From: Dictyostelium discoideum
Taxonomy: Eukaryota
DNA length: 64,000 nt
Direction: 5' to 3'
Assembly: GCA_000004695.1 (NCBI GenBank)
Contig: CM000150.2
Span: 2,432,001-2,496,000 of the forward strand
This document shows, one piece after another, positions 1 to 13,905 of the stretch. Every line of letters begins with the position of its first letter. Within the stretch, counting starts at the first letter, position 1. A program made the translations under genes and the position numbers. The notes under the pieces were generated by a model, which had not been told where the DNA came from, made no database searches, and saw nothing but the letters and a program-made list of their open reading frames with translations.

Positions 1-1282
<1,282 letters not shown>

Positions 1283-1848
1283 TTATACTTTTTGTGAAAT
1301 AAATTTAACAAAAAAAAAAAAAAAAAAAAAAAAATTTTATTTTATATTGAAAAACGCGTTCGAAAAAAAAAAAAAAAAAAAAAAAAAATTAAAAAAAATT
1401 AAAAAAAATTAAAATTTTTAAATTCAAATCGAAAAACGTTGCCGGAAGTGAGAAAAAATTTTTAAAAATATAATTACGAAACAAAAATATCACATAAAAT
1501 TCATTAAAATATATCAACTTTTTTTTTTAAAAAATTATTAATAAAATCCTTTTTTTTATTTTTTTTTTATTTTTTTTTTTTTTTTTCAATCAGTCGGTTT
1601 TATATAATTTTTATCGTTTTAAAATTAAGTGTGAAGTTAAATAAAAATAAATAAATTTTTTTTTTTTTTTTTTTTTTTCAGCGTGGGGATAAAAATAGAT
1701 AATAAATAAAATAAAAAAAAAAAAATAAAATAAAAATAAAAAAATAAAAATAAAAAAATAAAAATAAAAATAAAAATAAAAATAAAAAATACAGTTTTAA
1801 TAAAAATAAAAATAAAAATAATTTAAACTTTTAGTTTTTTTAAATTTA

Positions 1849-1893
<45 letters not shown>

Positions 1894-2344
1894 ATTACTT
1901 CATATTTTATTTAATATTTGTCAGAAACAAACTCTATTGATTCATTTGAATATCTTTGGATGAGGATAATAATAGATTTTTTAAATTACTATTAAAAGTA
2001 TGAATTTGATCGAATTTATACTTCATAAAAATAAATATAATATGGTAGATTTGGATATTTAAATATATAAATGCAGATCATAGTATTTCTTGTACCAAAA
2101 AATTGAATAATATAGCCAGAGTTTTTTATTGAATAGCAAAATTAATAATAAAAGCATTTAAAGGATTTGTATAAAAAAATTTAAAATAGATAAATAAAAT
2201 AAAATAATAAAAAAAAAAATAGTTTAATTTAATTTATCAAAAAATGAATAAAACAACAATAATAATAATAATAAAGAAATAAAAATAAAGATAAAAATAA
2301 AAACTATTAATAGTTCTCTTTAAATGTGGTTTAAGATTTTTTTT

Positions 2345-2394
<50 letters not shown>

Positions 2395-2575
2395 AGCGTT
2401 ATGTTATGGTTTGACCAAATTTCATTTTTTTTGTTTTTTTTTTTTTTTTTTTTTTTTTTTTTGATTTTTTTTATTTTTTTATTTTTATTTTTAATATAAT
2501 AAAAATATGGATCAAACAAAATAAAATATTATCGTTATTATTTTTTTTTTTTTTTTTCAACAAATTTGTGTTTAG

Positions 2576-2608
<33 letters not shown>

Positions 2609-2614
2609 AAAAAT

Positions 2615-3023
2615 ATGAATCAACAACAGATTGTTAATGATCAAGTTTTAGACAATATATCTAGGTCACAAGATAAAAATGTTTTAAAAGATTTTTTAAA
2701 AAAGGGAGATTTATCAACCACTAAAAATAGTAGAAATCAAACATTACTTCATTTAATTGCAATGAATGATAATATGGTTGCATTGAAATTTTATTTAAAA
2801 AAAAAATATGTTGTTTTCAAAGGTACAAACATTGTTGTAGATCAAAGAGATAAAGATGGTTATACTCCATTACATTGTGCAGTTAATCAAGGTTCATTTG
2901 AAATTGCTAAAAAATTCCTTTCAAGAGGTTCTGATCCAAATGCAAGGACTGAATCTGGTTCAACACCATTACATTTATTATCAAAGTAATTATATAAAAT
3001 AGAATTAATCTAAAATAATTATA

Positions 3024-3117
<94 letters not shown>

Positions 3118-6100
3118 TTTTTTATTTTTTTTATAGATTTTGTCATTCAAATAAATCAATTAAATTAGCAAAGAAATTAATTGATTATGGGGCATATATA
3201 AACCATAAAGATAGTAAACAAGAGACACCATTACATAGAGCTACAATGTTAAATGATAATTATGATTATTTGAAATTATTATTACATCATGGTGCAAATC
3301 CAAATATTGTTAATAAAAGAGGTAGAACATGTCAACACATTTCAATTGAACAGGGTAAGGTTGATTTGTTGGAGTTATTTTTAATGTATGGTGCAGATTT
3401 TAATAAATCGACATCAATGTTACCATCACCAATTGAAATGGCTTATCAATCGGTATTTCCATCAATTAAACAATTCTTTTTAAATAGAGTTTCAACAAGA
3501 GGTGAGAATATTTTAATGATTGAAAAAGCTGTGTTTTTAGGTAAACCAATTTCAAATTTCGTTCAAAATGGTGACTCTTTCACAACTGGTACTTCAACTC
3601 AACTTTATACTGGTAAATTATATATTACAAATTATAGAATAGTTTTTAAAATTGATCAAATTCAAAATAATCAAATAGCTTCACCACAATCTTCAATTTC
3701 AACTCAAACAACATCATCATCAACATCATCACCATTAATTATAATACCATCAATAACTGTAAATAATAATCAACAACTACTACTATCACCATCACCATTA
3801 GCATCACCATCATTTAAACAACAACCACAATTACAATTAAATTCATCAACATTATCAACATCGTCAACAGGTTCTACATCATCAATGGCAACATTAGTAA
3901 ATACTTCCAATACTACCACACCTACCACCAATAATACAATAATTAATAATGATTTTCCATTGCTTGAAGATGAAGAGGAATCAATACCATTATTATCAAT
4001 TTTAAATTTAAGAACTGATGATGATAAGGATAATCAAACTGGTGATTTAGATTCTTCAAATAATAAGGAAAATATAATTGTACCAAATTCTGATCTTAAT
4101 TTTTCACATGAAAATATAGTTGATGATTGTCTAGTTAGCTCAACAATATCATCATCAAATGTACAAAATAATAATAATAACAATAATAATAGTAGTAGTA
4201 GTAGCGGTAGTAATAGTAATCATAATAGTATAACACAAAGTGCATCATCAATTTTAAATACAATAATTCATTTTAATAAAAATATTGGAGGAAGTTTATC
4301 AATTATATCTCACAATAATAATAATAATAATAGTCCAAATAGTAATAATCCAAATAATAATAATCTAAATAATAATAATAATAATCATTTATCAACACCA
4401 CCATTATCACCATCACAATCAAATTCATCATTTATTAACGATAATCAACAACAACAAAAACAAGATATAACAATGAATTATCAATTAATAAATATTGAAA
4501 CAAAAGATTTTAAACAATTTAAATTATATTTTTTATCATTATATGTTAGAGATAAAATTATGGAATTAATAAGTTATCATTATAAAGAGAAAATCGAAAG
4601 ATTAATTAAAGTTGAAAATCAAAATAAATCAATTCAAAAGAAAATAGCGGAAGAACATATTCAAATGCATGATGAATCTAGAATTCAACATATTGATCGT
4701 TATGAAAGTTATGGTGTTTTTGAGGAAAGTACACCATTTTTATTTGCATATCTTTATAAACCAATTTTTAATTTTTCATCATCACAATCACCATCACCAT
4801 CATTATCATCATCATCAAATTTATCAAATTCAGTAATAAGTAATAATAGTTTTAATAATAATCAAAATAATCAAAATAATCAAAATAATAATAATAATTT
4901 TATAAATGGTTGGGAAATTTATAATCAAAAGAAAGAATATTTAAGATTTAATATTAACATTGATGAAAATAATAATAGTAATTGTTATTGGAGAGTGACA
5001 TCAATTAATAAAGAATATAAAATGTGTTCAAGTTATTCAAGTAGTTTAGTTGTTTTATCAAAAACATTGGATAAAGATTTAGAAAAGATATTTTCATTTC
5101 GTAGTAAAGGTCGTATACCATCATTATCATGGAAAGATCCAAATTCAAATGCATCCATTAGTAGATGTAGTCAACCATTGGTTGGTATTGAGAGGTCACG
5201 TTGTCCAGAGGATGAATTATATTGTAGTAATTTAGCATTAAGTGCACCATCTAAAACATTATATCTAATTGATGCTAGACCCAAATTGAATGCCTATGCA
5301 AATACTGCAAACGGTGCTGGCTTTGAAAATATTCATAATTATCCAAATTGTAAATTGGTTTTTATGAATATTCCAAATATACATGTAATTAGAAAAAGTT
5401 TAGAGAAATTAACATCATCAATGAGATCTTCAACTCGTGATAAAGATCATACTGAAAGCACCGATATGAGATGGTGGGGTTGCATTGAAGAAACCGGTTG
5501 GATATCACATATTAAATCAATTTTGGAAGCTGCTACATTCTCTGCCGATTTAATTTTAAAAGGTAATAGTATACTAGTTCATTGTAGTGATGGTTGGGAT
5601 AGAACTCCACAAATTACTTCATTAACTCAAATTCTATTGGACCCCTATTATCGTACTATTGTTGGTTTTCAAGTATTAATAGAGAAGGAGTGGCTTAGTT
5701 TTGGTCATAAATTCTCTTTACGTCTTGGTCATTTACCTGGTAATGAAGAAGAGAGATCTCCAATTTTTCAACAATTTTTAGATTGTTGTTTTCAATTGTG
5801 TAGTCAATTCCCTTTACTTTTCGAATTCACACCAACATTGCTACTCTTTATATCAGATAATATTCATAGTTGTAAATATGGTACTTTCTTAAATAATTGT
5901 GAAAAAGATAGAGTTCAAGATCAAGTTAAATTTAAAACTACTTCAATTTGGTCTGAAGTTCATTTTAATATTCATAAATTTTTAAATCCTTATTATAATC
6001 CTCAAGATATTCAATCAATTAAACCAAAATTATATTCACGTTGTTTAGAACTTTGGAAAGCTTGTTATATGAGAGTTGAATCAAAAGATTTTTGGATGCA

Positions 6101-6410
6101 TAGTAATTGGTTATTACATAATTCAACTTTTAATTTTCAAAATAATCAAAATAATCAAAATAATAATAATACTAAAAATAATTTAAGTAAATTATTTTTA
6201 CAAAATCAACATCAACATAAAAATCAACAACAACAAAATAGTGATAGTACTAGAGCATCAATTTCATCAATTTCTTCAAGTAATAGTTATAATAATGATA
6301 CTACACCTGCTCATTGGATACCGCAAAATAAACATTCCCAAACTCAACATTCACCAATACTAGCATCTCATAGACCTACTTCAATTATTAATGATTTAAA
6401 AGATATTTAA
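2615..6410 (+). CDS. Ankyrin-repeat-containing myotubularin-related lipid phosphatase (ankyrin repeats - GRAM/PH-like - active PTP domain). Two exons, about 2615..2985 and 3137..6410.
   Basis: Exon 1 encodes ankyrin repeats (TLLHLIAMND...GYTPLHCAVNQGSFEIAKKFLSRGSDPNARTESGSTPLHLLSK) and ends with donor GTAATT at about 2986. The intron carries an (ATA)n tract and a TTTTATAG acceptor at 3136. The downstream frame joins in phase (..K|FCHSNKSIKLAKKLIDYGAYINHKDSKQETPLHRATMLND...). GRAM-like segment: ILMIEKAVFLGKPISNFVQNGDSFTTGTSTQLYTGKLYITNYRIVFK. Myotubularin catalytic core: LYLIDARPKLNAYANTANGAGFENIHNYPNCKLVFMNIPNIHVIRKSL...ILVHCSDGWDRTPQITSLTQILLDPYYRTIVGFQVLIEKEWLSFGHKF, with an intact CX5R motif. 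A long poly-N/S/T insert lies between the GRAM and PTP regions. Confidence 0.8.
3024..3113. repeat. (ATA/AAT)n microsatellite (~30 units) inside the intron of the ankyrin-myotubularin gene
   Basis: A perfect trinucleotide run is visible in the sequence. On the opposite strand it produces an artefactual poly-Ile ORF. Confidence 0.9.
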
Positions 6411-6500
6411 AAAATAAAATAATAAAATAAAAAAAAAAAAAAAAAAAAAGTAATACTTAAATATTAAAAGTAAAAAATTTAATTTTTATTTTATTTCAAT

Positions 6501-7236
6501 TCATTTTTTAATTGAAAGAAAAGATTTAAAAATAATTTCAATTGCATGAGCACCAGGATCCATAATATGTGAAGTTCTTTCACCCAAATAAGATGAACGA
6601 CCTTTTTTTGCAATCATTTCAATTGTACTTTCAGAACCTAATTGAGCCTCTTTTGAAGCAAGTTTTAAAGTATTTAATAAATCAAACGATGATGAAGAGT
6701 TTTCATTATCTTTACAACATTGATTAATTTTATTAATTGCTGGTATTAATGAATCTAACATTGTACAATCACCAATATCAGCTTTACCTAATTCTTTAAT
6801 TGCATTAACTGCATCAATTAATGATAAACCCCAATCATTGGTTGAAATTTGGTTTTTTCCATTTACTGTTGATCTTTCATATAAACTATTTGAAAGTCTA
6901 AGGAAAAAGATTGAATAAAAAAGTCCACTTGATCCACCAATTAATTCTTGAATAATTAATGATATTTTTCTAAATGTATAACATGGTTTATCAAATGGAA
7001 TTGTATCAATGGATTTTTTAATTGATTTCGATAAATTCTCTAATGTTGTACCTAAATCACCATCACCAACTTGTTTATCTAAATCTGTTAATTTATTTGA
7101 ATTCTCAATTAATGAATTACATCCCAATAATACAATTTCTTTTAATATTTCTCCATTTTCTTTTGAAATTGTTATTGATTTTAAATTATCATCTTAAAAA
7201 AAAAAAAAAAATTATTAATAATTATTATTTGTTTGG

Positions 7237-7286
<50 letters not shown>

Positions 7287-7749
7287 AAAAAAAGACTTTA
7301 CATTTAATTTCATGTGAATCATTTTCATCTAAAGTTAAAATTGAATCTTCTTTATTTTTATATGGTTTTAAAACACTATTTGGCCAACCCATTGCATTTG
7401 TTTTAAGATCAATTCTAAATTATTTTAAATATAAAATATTAATAGTCAGGTATATTATATATTTATAAAAAGAGTATAGAATATATTTAGATGTATTATA
7501 TATATACAAACAAATTAATTATTTGATTATTTTTAATTAATAATAAAGATATACTAATTCCAGCCATTTCTAATGATGTCATTAAAGTTCCAGTAATTAA
7601 TCTTTCAACAGTAAAACCTTTTTCATGTAAATAATTTAAACAATCATTTGTAGCAATTGCCATTTCCATATTAGTGGTACTACCTAAATTATTAATTAAT
7701 ACAATTAATGATTTGTCTTCACCATCACTACCACAAGAAATGCCACAAC

Positions 7750-7819
<70 letters not shown>

Positions 7820-8458
7820 TGAATAGGGTAAAATTTTAAGTAAATTATCAATTAATGATTTAATAATTTGTTTTGAAGGTTTTAATTCAACTTTTTCAAT
7901 ACCAAATTCACCATGAATACCTAAACCAATTTCCATTTCTTTTTCATTTAATGTGAATGATGGTGAACCAACTGATGGAATGATACAAGATGATAGACCA
8001 ACACCCATAGTTACTAAATTTAATGATTTGGATGGTGATATATATTTATTATAAAATTTTAAAATTTCATCAATTGATTTACCTTGTTCAGCTAAACCTC
8101 CTAAAATTTTATGAACTAAAACTGTACCTGCAATACCTCTTCTATTTGTAATTGATTTATATTTATCTCTAATATCTTGGATATTATCATTATTATCATT
8201 TGAAAATTCATTTAATTTCATAAGAATTGAAGAAATATCGTCATCAACGGTTATAATTTCAACTCTAATATCTGGTAGTTGACTTTTACACATTTCCCTT
8301 GCAATACTAAATGAACCATTATCACCCATATAGTTTTTTACAATTAATATACAACCCATTTTACCTGCAACTGATTTAATAGCCATAAAAATTTGTTTTG
8401 CACTTGGTGATGCAAATACATCACCACAAACTGCACCTATTTTTATTTTTGTTTGTTT

Positions 8459-8495
<37 letters not shown>

Positions 8496-8838
8496 GATAA
8501 GTGAAATGAATACATTACATAAAATAAATTATAAAAATGTATACAAACCTGTTAACATAGCATTTCCAATATATCCAATATGTGCTGGTTCATGTCCACT
8601 TCCACCTCCCGAAATAAGTGTTACTCTATCTTTTCTGTATTATTTATTTTTAAAGATTAATGAATGAATGAAAAAAAAATAAAAAAAAAAAAAAAAATTA
8701 TATTTACATTTGTGAATAGTCAGATCTTACTACTACATTAAAATTTCCTTTAAGTTTTAATAAATCTCTTGATGATTGAGTAAAACCATCAATCATCTCA
8801 GAGACTACATTTTGTGGATTGTTAATAATTTTTTTCAT
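6501..8838 (-). CDS. Dihydroxyacetone kinase / triokinase (DhaK + DhaL domains). Five exons, about 8708..8838, 8549..8634, 7512..8436, 7302..7414 and 6501..7192.
   Basis: Exon 1: [43 protein letters not shown]. Exon 2: [30 protein letters not shown], the Dak1 signature. Exon 3: [42 protein letters not shown]...[13 protein letters not shown]...[11 protein letters not shown], with a coding (AAT)n poly-N insert. Exon 4: [14 protein letters not shown]... Exon 5 (DhaL/Dak2): [16 protein letters not shown]...[19 protein letters not shown]...[39 protein letters not shown]. Donors are GTAAAT, GTTTGT (twice) and GTAAAG, and all phases join. Confidence 0.8.
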
Positions 8839-9697
8839 TTTTTTTTTTTTTTATTAGGTGTCAAACCAGTTTGGAGTTGGCCAAATTAAATCAAAATATT
8901 TTTTTTTTTTTTTTTTTTTAGGTTTTGTTTTTTAAAAAAAAAAAAAAATTAAGGTGAAAATATTTTGTGGGCTAAAAGAGAATAATATTTTATTTTATTT
9001 TTTTTTTTTTTTACCAAAAGCACAAAACCTTTTTTTAAAATAATTTACACTTAATATTTTTTGACTTTTGCTGGTGTATCAAATTATTTTTATTTTTGAC
9101 TATTAATGTTCGTCGAAAAAATAATTATAGTAATAATAAATAAGAATTAAATTAATAATAAAAAATATAATATTATAAAAAAACATTTTGTTACTAATAA
9201 TAGTAATAATAAAAATAATAATAATAAAAATAAAAATGACAATATAACAAAAAAAAAAAAAAATAAAACCTAAAACCATTTTTTTATTTTTTTTTTTTAA
9301 TTTCACCTGTAATATTTTATTCTTTGATCCAAAAGTAGTTTAGGGTTTTAATAAATTAAATTAATCTCCTTTTTTTTTAAATAAAAAATATATAAAAAAA
9401 TAAAAATAAAAGGAATCTGATTAATTAATTTTACTTTTTTTTCTTTTATTTTTTTTTTTATTTTTTTTTTTTTCAATAATAATAAAAATAATAAAAAAAA
9501 TAATAAAATTAGATCGTTTCATTAAAAAAGATTCTATTTTAAGAACATCTGGAAACTGCGAATCATTTTTCTTTTTTTATTATTTTTTTTTTTAAACAAT
9601 AAAAATATAAGAATTTTTAGTGGTCTAAAATTCTAAAAAACCAGGTTTTATCTGTTTTTTTTCTCATTTTCCAATTTTTTATTATTTTTTTTTTTTA

Positions 9698-9740
<43 letters not shown>

Positions 9741-9756
9741 ACATAAATACACAAAC

Positions 9757-9791
<35 letters not shown>

Positions 9792-10106
9792 CAAATAAAA
9801 AAAAAAAAAAAAAAAACAAATATTTTTTCTATCATAATTTTTTTAAATGAATCATCTGATACCGCAGTTTAATAGTAAAAATAATAATATATTAATAATT
9901 CCAACAAATATTATTGATACTTCATTTTCTGTTGGTTAAAATAGTACAATTAATAAATAACTTATTCAAATAAATATTTTTTTTTTTTTAAAAAAAAAAA
10001 AAAAACATTAAACAACAAGAGCTATCAAAATATAAAAACAAAAATAAAAAATAAAAAAAAAAAATAAAAATAAAAGTACCAGATATATTAAAAAATCAAT
10101 TTGTAA

Positions 10107-10110
<4 letters not shown>

Positions 10111-10198
<88 letters not shown>
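10111..10198. repeat. (AAT)n microsatellite (~29 units) in the 5' flank of the 10246 small ORF
   Basis: A perfect trinucleotide run about 50 bp upstream of the ATG at 10246. Confidence 0.9.
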
Positions 10199-10245
10199 TA
10201 TAAAAAAACAAGCATTCTATTAAATTAATTTCAAAAATTTTAAAA

Positions 10246-10509
10246 ATGTCATCATCATCATCATCATCATTTGGAGAAAATATTAATAATCCATCTCATC
10301 ACCGTCATCACCGTCACCATCACTCGTCAACAAAGAGAAGAAGTGCATCATATTCTTGTTTTAGTTGCCACAAAGACTCAATTCCAATTTTATCTCGTGA
10401 AAGATACTTTAGCACTCAACATTTTTGTTCATTTGGATGTTTTGAAAAATCAAATCAATCTGAAAATTCAACACCTTCTTACAGGTTTAATCCTATTATT
10501 CAAGTTTAA
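10246..10509 (+). CDS. Small (87 aa) Ser/His-rich protein with an FCS/MYM-type zinc-finger-like motif
   Basis: ATG at 10246 in a poly-A/(AAT)n leader. The ORF contains SCFSCHKDSIPILSRERYFSTQHFCSFGCF, which fits C-x2-C-x17-F-C-S-x2-C, the FCS zinc-finger pattern. An N-terminal His cluster (HHRHHRHHH) is present. No homolog can be checked here. Confidence 0.45.
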   Translation: MSSSSSSSFGENINNPSHHRHHRHHHSSTKRRSASYSCFSCHKDSIPILSRERYFSTQHFCSFGCFEKSNQSENSTPSYRFNPIIQV

Positions 10510-10605
10510 AATTTAAAATTTTTTTTTTTTTTTTTATAAAAAAAAGTTACATATAAAAATAAAAAAGATACATATAAAAAAAAAATAAAATAAGTTTTAT
10601 TTATT

Positions 10606-11928
10606 TTATTCTAATTTTTTTTGTTTTTTTGATAATCTTTCTTCATTTTCATCACCTTTGATTTCTTTTTCTTCACCAAAATTTCTTTTTTGATTTTTTT
10701 CATTATTATTTTGATTATTATTTTCATTATTATTTTGAATATTATTATTTTCATTATTATTTTGAATATTATTATTTTTAGTATCATCACTATTATTTTC
10801 ATTATTATTATTATTATTATTATTTTGATTATTATTTTGATTATAATTATTTTCAAAGTTTTTAGGAATATTTAAATAATATTGTAAATATTGATCGTTA
10901 ATGATATTGATTGAATCGGATTCAACTAAAGAGATAATTGGATAATTAAAAGATAGTGTATAGGATTTACCAGAACAAGTGTTATTTTTAATAAATTCTA
11001 AAATTTCATTTCCATAGATTAACATTTCATCTTTATTCCAATTTATAGCTTGATTTGGTAGATCATGAGTATTAAAGTTTAAACATTTTTTTAAAAAGAA
11101 ATCATCATTTCTAATACCTAAAAAAATCTTTGAAACACCTGCAATATATGCTTGAAACCAAATTCTAATTAATTTTTTTGATCTAAATTGATAATTTGCT
11201 TTACTATCTTCAATATCTCTTGAAGTTTTTAATTCTACATAATCATCAATATTATAATTTTCATCATCATCATCATTATTATTATTTTCATTATTATTAT
11301 TATTTTGATTATTATTATTATTTTGAATTGATTTTTTCCAACAATCAATTTCACATGCTAAAATAAAATTATTATTAAATAATTTTGATTGAATGATTGA
11401 ACAATATTTATGTTTATTATCATTTGGATTGTTATTATTATCAATTGTTGAAATCTTTTCAAAATAATTACCAGAATACATTGATTTTAAATGAAAATTT
11501 TTAAGTTGATGAAAATCTTGCGTTGGATTATCCATACCTAAATGAATTGTTGAATTGATTCTTTGAACTTGTATATTCCATTTTTCACTATCATACATTG
11601 ATTCGAATAACTTTCTAAATGAATTTCTAAAAGAGATGAAATTAGATTTGCTGACATCATGTTTTGTTTCAATTAATTTATTCAATACTAATGAAAGTGG
11701 TGTTTGAGAATCTGATTCAATACTATCTGGACCTTGAAATCCAACTAATAAATCACTATCAATAGTTGGGTTTTTAAATTTTTTTAATTTAGCTGGGAAT
11801 AATTGATTTCCTTCATATGAAAATCTTGTAATTTCTAATGGTTTTGTAATTGTTATTGGTGATTTATTAAAGCTTCTTTGTTTTTTAATAAAATTAATTA
11901 ATCCTATTACATTTAAAGTTTGTTTCAT
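10606..11928 (-). CDS. Rai1/DXO (Dom3Z)-family decapping exoribonuclease-like protein
   Basis: Single 440 aa ORF. It carries the family's catalytic-core pattern: ...FILACEIDCWKK... (E-x-D) followed by DYVELKTSRDIED (E-L-K), and GNYFEKISTI resembles the GxxFE motif. N/Q-rich inserts are present. ATG at 11928. Confidence 0.65.
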   Translation of the reverse strand: MKQTLNVIGLINFIKKQRSFNKSPITITKPLEITRFSYEGNQLFPAKLKKFKNPTIDSDLLVGFQGPDSIESDSQTPLSLVLNKLIETKHDVSKSNFISFRNSFRKLFESMYDSEKWNIQVQRINSTIHLGMDNPTQDFHQLKNFHLKSMYSGNYFEKISTIDNNNNPNDNKHKYCSIIQSKLFNNNFILACEIDCWKKSIQNNNNNQNNNNNENNNNDDDDENYNIDDYVELKTSRDIEDSKANYQFRSKKLIRIWFQAYIAGVSKIFLGIRNDDFFLKKCLNFNTHDLPNQAINWNKDEMLIYGNEILEFIKNNTCSGKSYTLSFNYPIISLVESDSINIINDQYLQYYLNIPKNFENNYNQNNNQNNNNNNNNENNSDDTKNNNIQNNNENNNIQNNNENNNQNNNEKNQKRNFGEEKEIKGDENEERLSKKQKKLE

Positions 11929-12311
11929 TTTGTTTTTTTTTTTTTTTTTTATATGAAACTATTGAATTATAAAAAATAAAAAAAAAATAAAAAAAAACAA
12001 AACCAAAAGAAATTCAAATGCGCAACCAAAAGTAAAATTAAAAGGTAAAAAAAAAAAAAATTCACAAACTCTTTAAGGGGAGACCAAGAGAAAAAAAAAA
12101 GAGATGATCAATAAATTAGGAAAATAAAATAAAAATTTATTTAATAAAAATAAAAAAAAAAAAAAAACGGTGTGCTTTTTTTAAAATTTATTAATTTTTT
12201 ATTTTTGTAACAAATGCGTAATGATAAAAATAGAATTTTTTTTTTTTTTTTTTTAATAATTAATTATTAATTAAATAATAATTTTTAATTTGTAATCTTT
12301 TTTTTTTTATT

Positions 12312-13271
12312 TTAAACTCTAATAGCAGAAGATGATTGAACTACATTTGGTTTTGTTGTTTCAATTTCAAAGCTTTCAGAATCATCAATAGATTTATCGT
12401 TTTCATCTTTTTTAGAGATTTGATCATTTGATGATAAGCCTAATAGATTAGAAACGTAAGCTTTTGGTGATTGCCAAAAACTTGTTGATCTATTTAATGA
12501 TTGTTGTTGTTGTTGTTGATTTGCTGAAACTATATTTACAGTTGTAGATGGCTGTGGTGAATTTGAAGATTCAAATAAAGTTGAAGCTTCTCTTGGTAAT
12601 GGATACTTTGAAATTGGAATAAAAGTATTTGGAGCATCGGCAGTTGATAAAATACCAGCATCAACAGTTGAAGAAGATTGTGAAAGTTTATCGACTAAAG
12701 AACCTTTAGCGGTGGGTGTAGTGGTGGTTGAATTTGGTTCACTGGCAGAGGAGTATTGTTGTTGTTGTTGTCTAATTGTATTGAATTGGGGATAGATAAT
12801 TTGTGTGGGTGGTGATAGACCACTATTTATCTGTTGGAGTGTGAAAGTTTCAATCACCTTCTCCATTTGTTTAATCTTTTCATCACGTTCAAAAATACCA
12901 CGTTCCATCACTCTCATTTGGTCCATTAACGCCTTCATTTTCAATTCATTGGTTTGATTACTTTCTGATGTACCCATTTGCTGAAAATAAGTTGTATCTT
13001 GATTTGGGTCCCATTGTAATTGTAATAATAGATCTTCTCTCTCTGTTAATAATTTACGATTAAATTCAATCTCTTTTAATTTATCTTTATAACGTTCTTC
13101 TAATTTATTATGATCCTCTTGTAATTCAAAATATTCTTCTCTTATATCTCTAATAGTATCAATTAATTCTTCTTTACTAAGATGATAAATTCCTAAAAAT
13201 TCATCTTCTTCATCAATAATAATTTCTTCTTCATCTTTTTTATTATTATTATTATTATTATCTTTTGTCAT
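12312..13271 (-). CDS. Hypothetical coiled-coil protein (319 aa), acidic N-terminus, Q/S/T-rich C-terminus
   Basis: ATG at 13271. Heptad-like region: EELIDTIRDIREEYFELQEDHNKLEERYKDKLKEIEFNRKLLTEREDLLLQLQ...MKALMDQMRVMERGIFERDEKIKQMEKVIETF. No family assignable. Confidence 0.5.
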   Translation of the reverse strand: MTKDNNNNNNKKDEEEIIIDEEDEFLGIYHLSKEELIDTIRDIREEYFELQEDHNKLEERYKDKLKEIEFNRKLLTEREDLLLQLQWDPNQDTTYFQQMGTSESNQTNELKMKALMDQMRVMERGIFERDEKIKQMEKVIETFTLQQINSGLSPPTQIIYPQFNTIRQQQQQYSSASEPNSTTTTPTAKGSLVDKLSQSSSTVDAGILSTADAPNTFIPISKYPLPREASTLFESSNSPQPSTTVNIVSANQQQQQQSLNRSTSFWQSPKAYVSNLLGLSSNDQISKKDENDKSIDDSESFEIETTKPNVVQSSSAIRV

Positions 13272-13620
13272 TTTTTTTTTTTTTTTTTTTTTTTTTAATG
13301 GGTAAAGATTATTTTTATTTTTTAAAAATTGTTTTGATTATTTTTTTTTTTTTTTTATAGTATTTAGTGAATGGTTTAATTTAATATGTAATTATTATAT
13401 AAATGTGTATTTATAAATGATAGAAAAATAAAATATAAAAATGTTTTAAAAAAAAAAAAAAATTAAAAATAAATAAAAAAAAAAAAATAAATAAAAAAAA
13501 AGTAACTTATTTAATTTGGTAATTATTAAAATAAATAAAAAAAAAAAAAAAACAATAAAAATAATTAAAAAATTATATCAATTTTGAAAAATAAATAATA
13601 TATATTAAAAACACCACAAA

Positions 13621-13650
13621 CACAATTTTGTGTGGGGGGAGGGGGTAAAT
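13621..13650. other. G-rich island (TGTGGGGGAGGGGGTAAA) in A/T-only intergenic DNA; AG(n)-like motif
   Basis: acaattttgtgtgggggagggggtaaattg is flanked by poly-A/T on both sides. The same core recurs at 58738-58765. Confidence 0.3.
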
Positions 13651-13770
13651 TGAAATTATTATTCTAATTATTGCTACCGATGTGAGCGAAAAAAATTTTA
13701 AAACACAACTATGTGTGTCATAAAAAAAATAATAAAATAAAATAAAAAAAAAAATAAAAAAAAATAAAAT

Positions 13771-13850
13771 TAAAAATAACCCTTTTTTGGATATTAAAAA
13801 AATAAAAAATAAAAATACCCCTTTTTTTTGGATATTAAAAAAATAAAACA
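13771..13850. repeat. Imperfect ~38 bp tandem direct repeat (AAAAATAMCCC(T)nGGATATTAAAAAAATAAAA x2)
   Basis: Two adjacent copies are visible between the HslV stop (13906) and the coiled-coil gene ATG (13271). They lie in the putative promoter of the latter and 3' of the former. Confidence 0.6.
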
Positions 13851-13905
13851 AAAATAATAAAATTTTTTTGAAAAATAACTATATATATATCAAAAATAAT
13901 TGATT

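Noticed and set aside
2907-3146. 79 aa minus-strand ORF translating to poly-Ile
   Set aside because: It is entirely the reverse reading of the (ATA)n intronic microsatellite of the ankyrin-myotubularin gene. It has no coding signal.
7022-7468. 148 aa plus-strand ORF with poly-Lys
   Set aside because: It is antisense to DAK exons and introns. The poly-K comes from the intronic A-run, and the composition is typical of non-coding AT-rich sequence.
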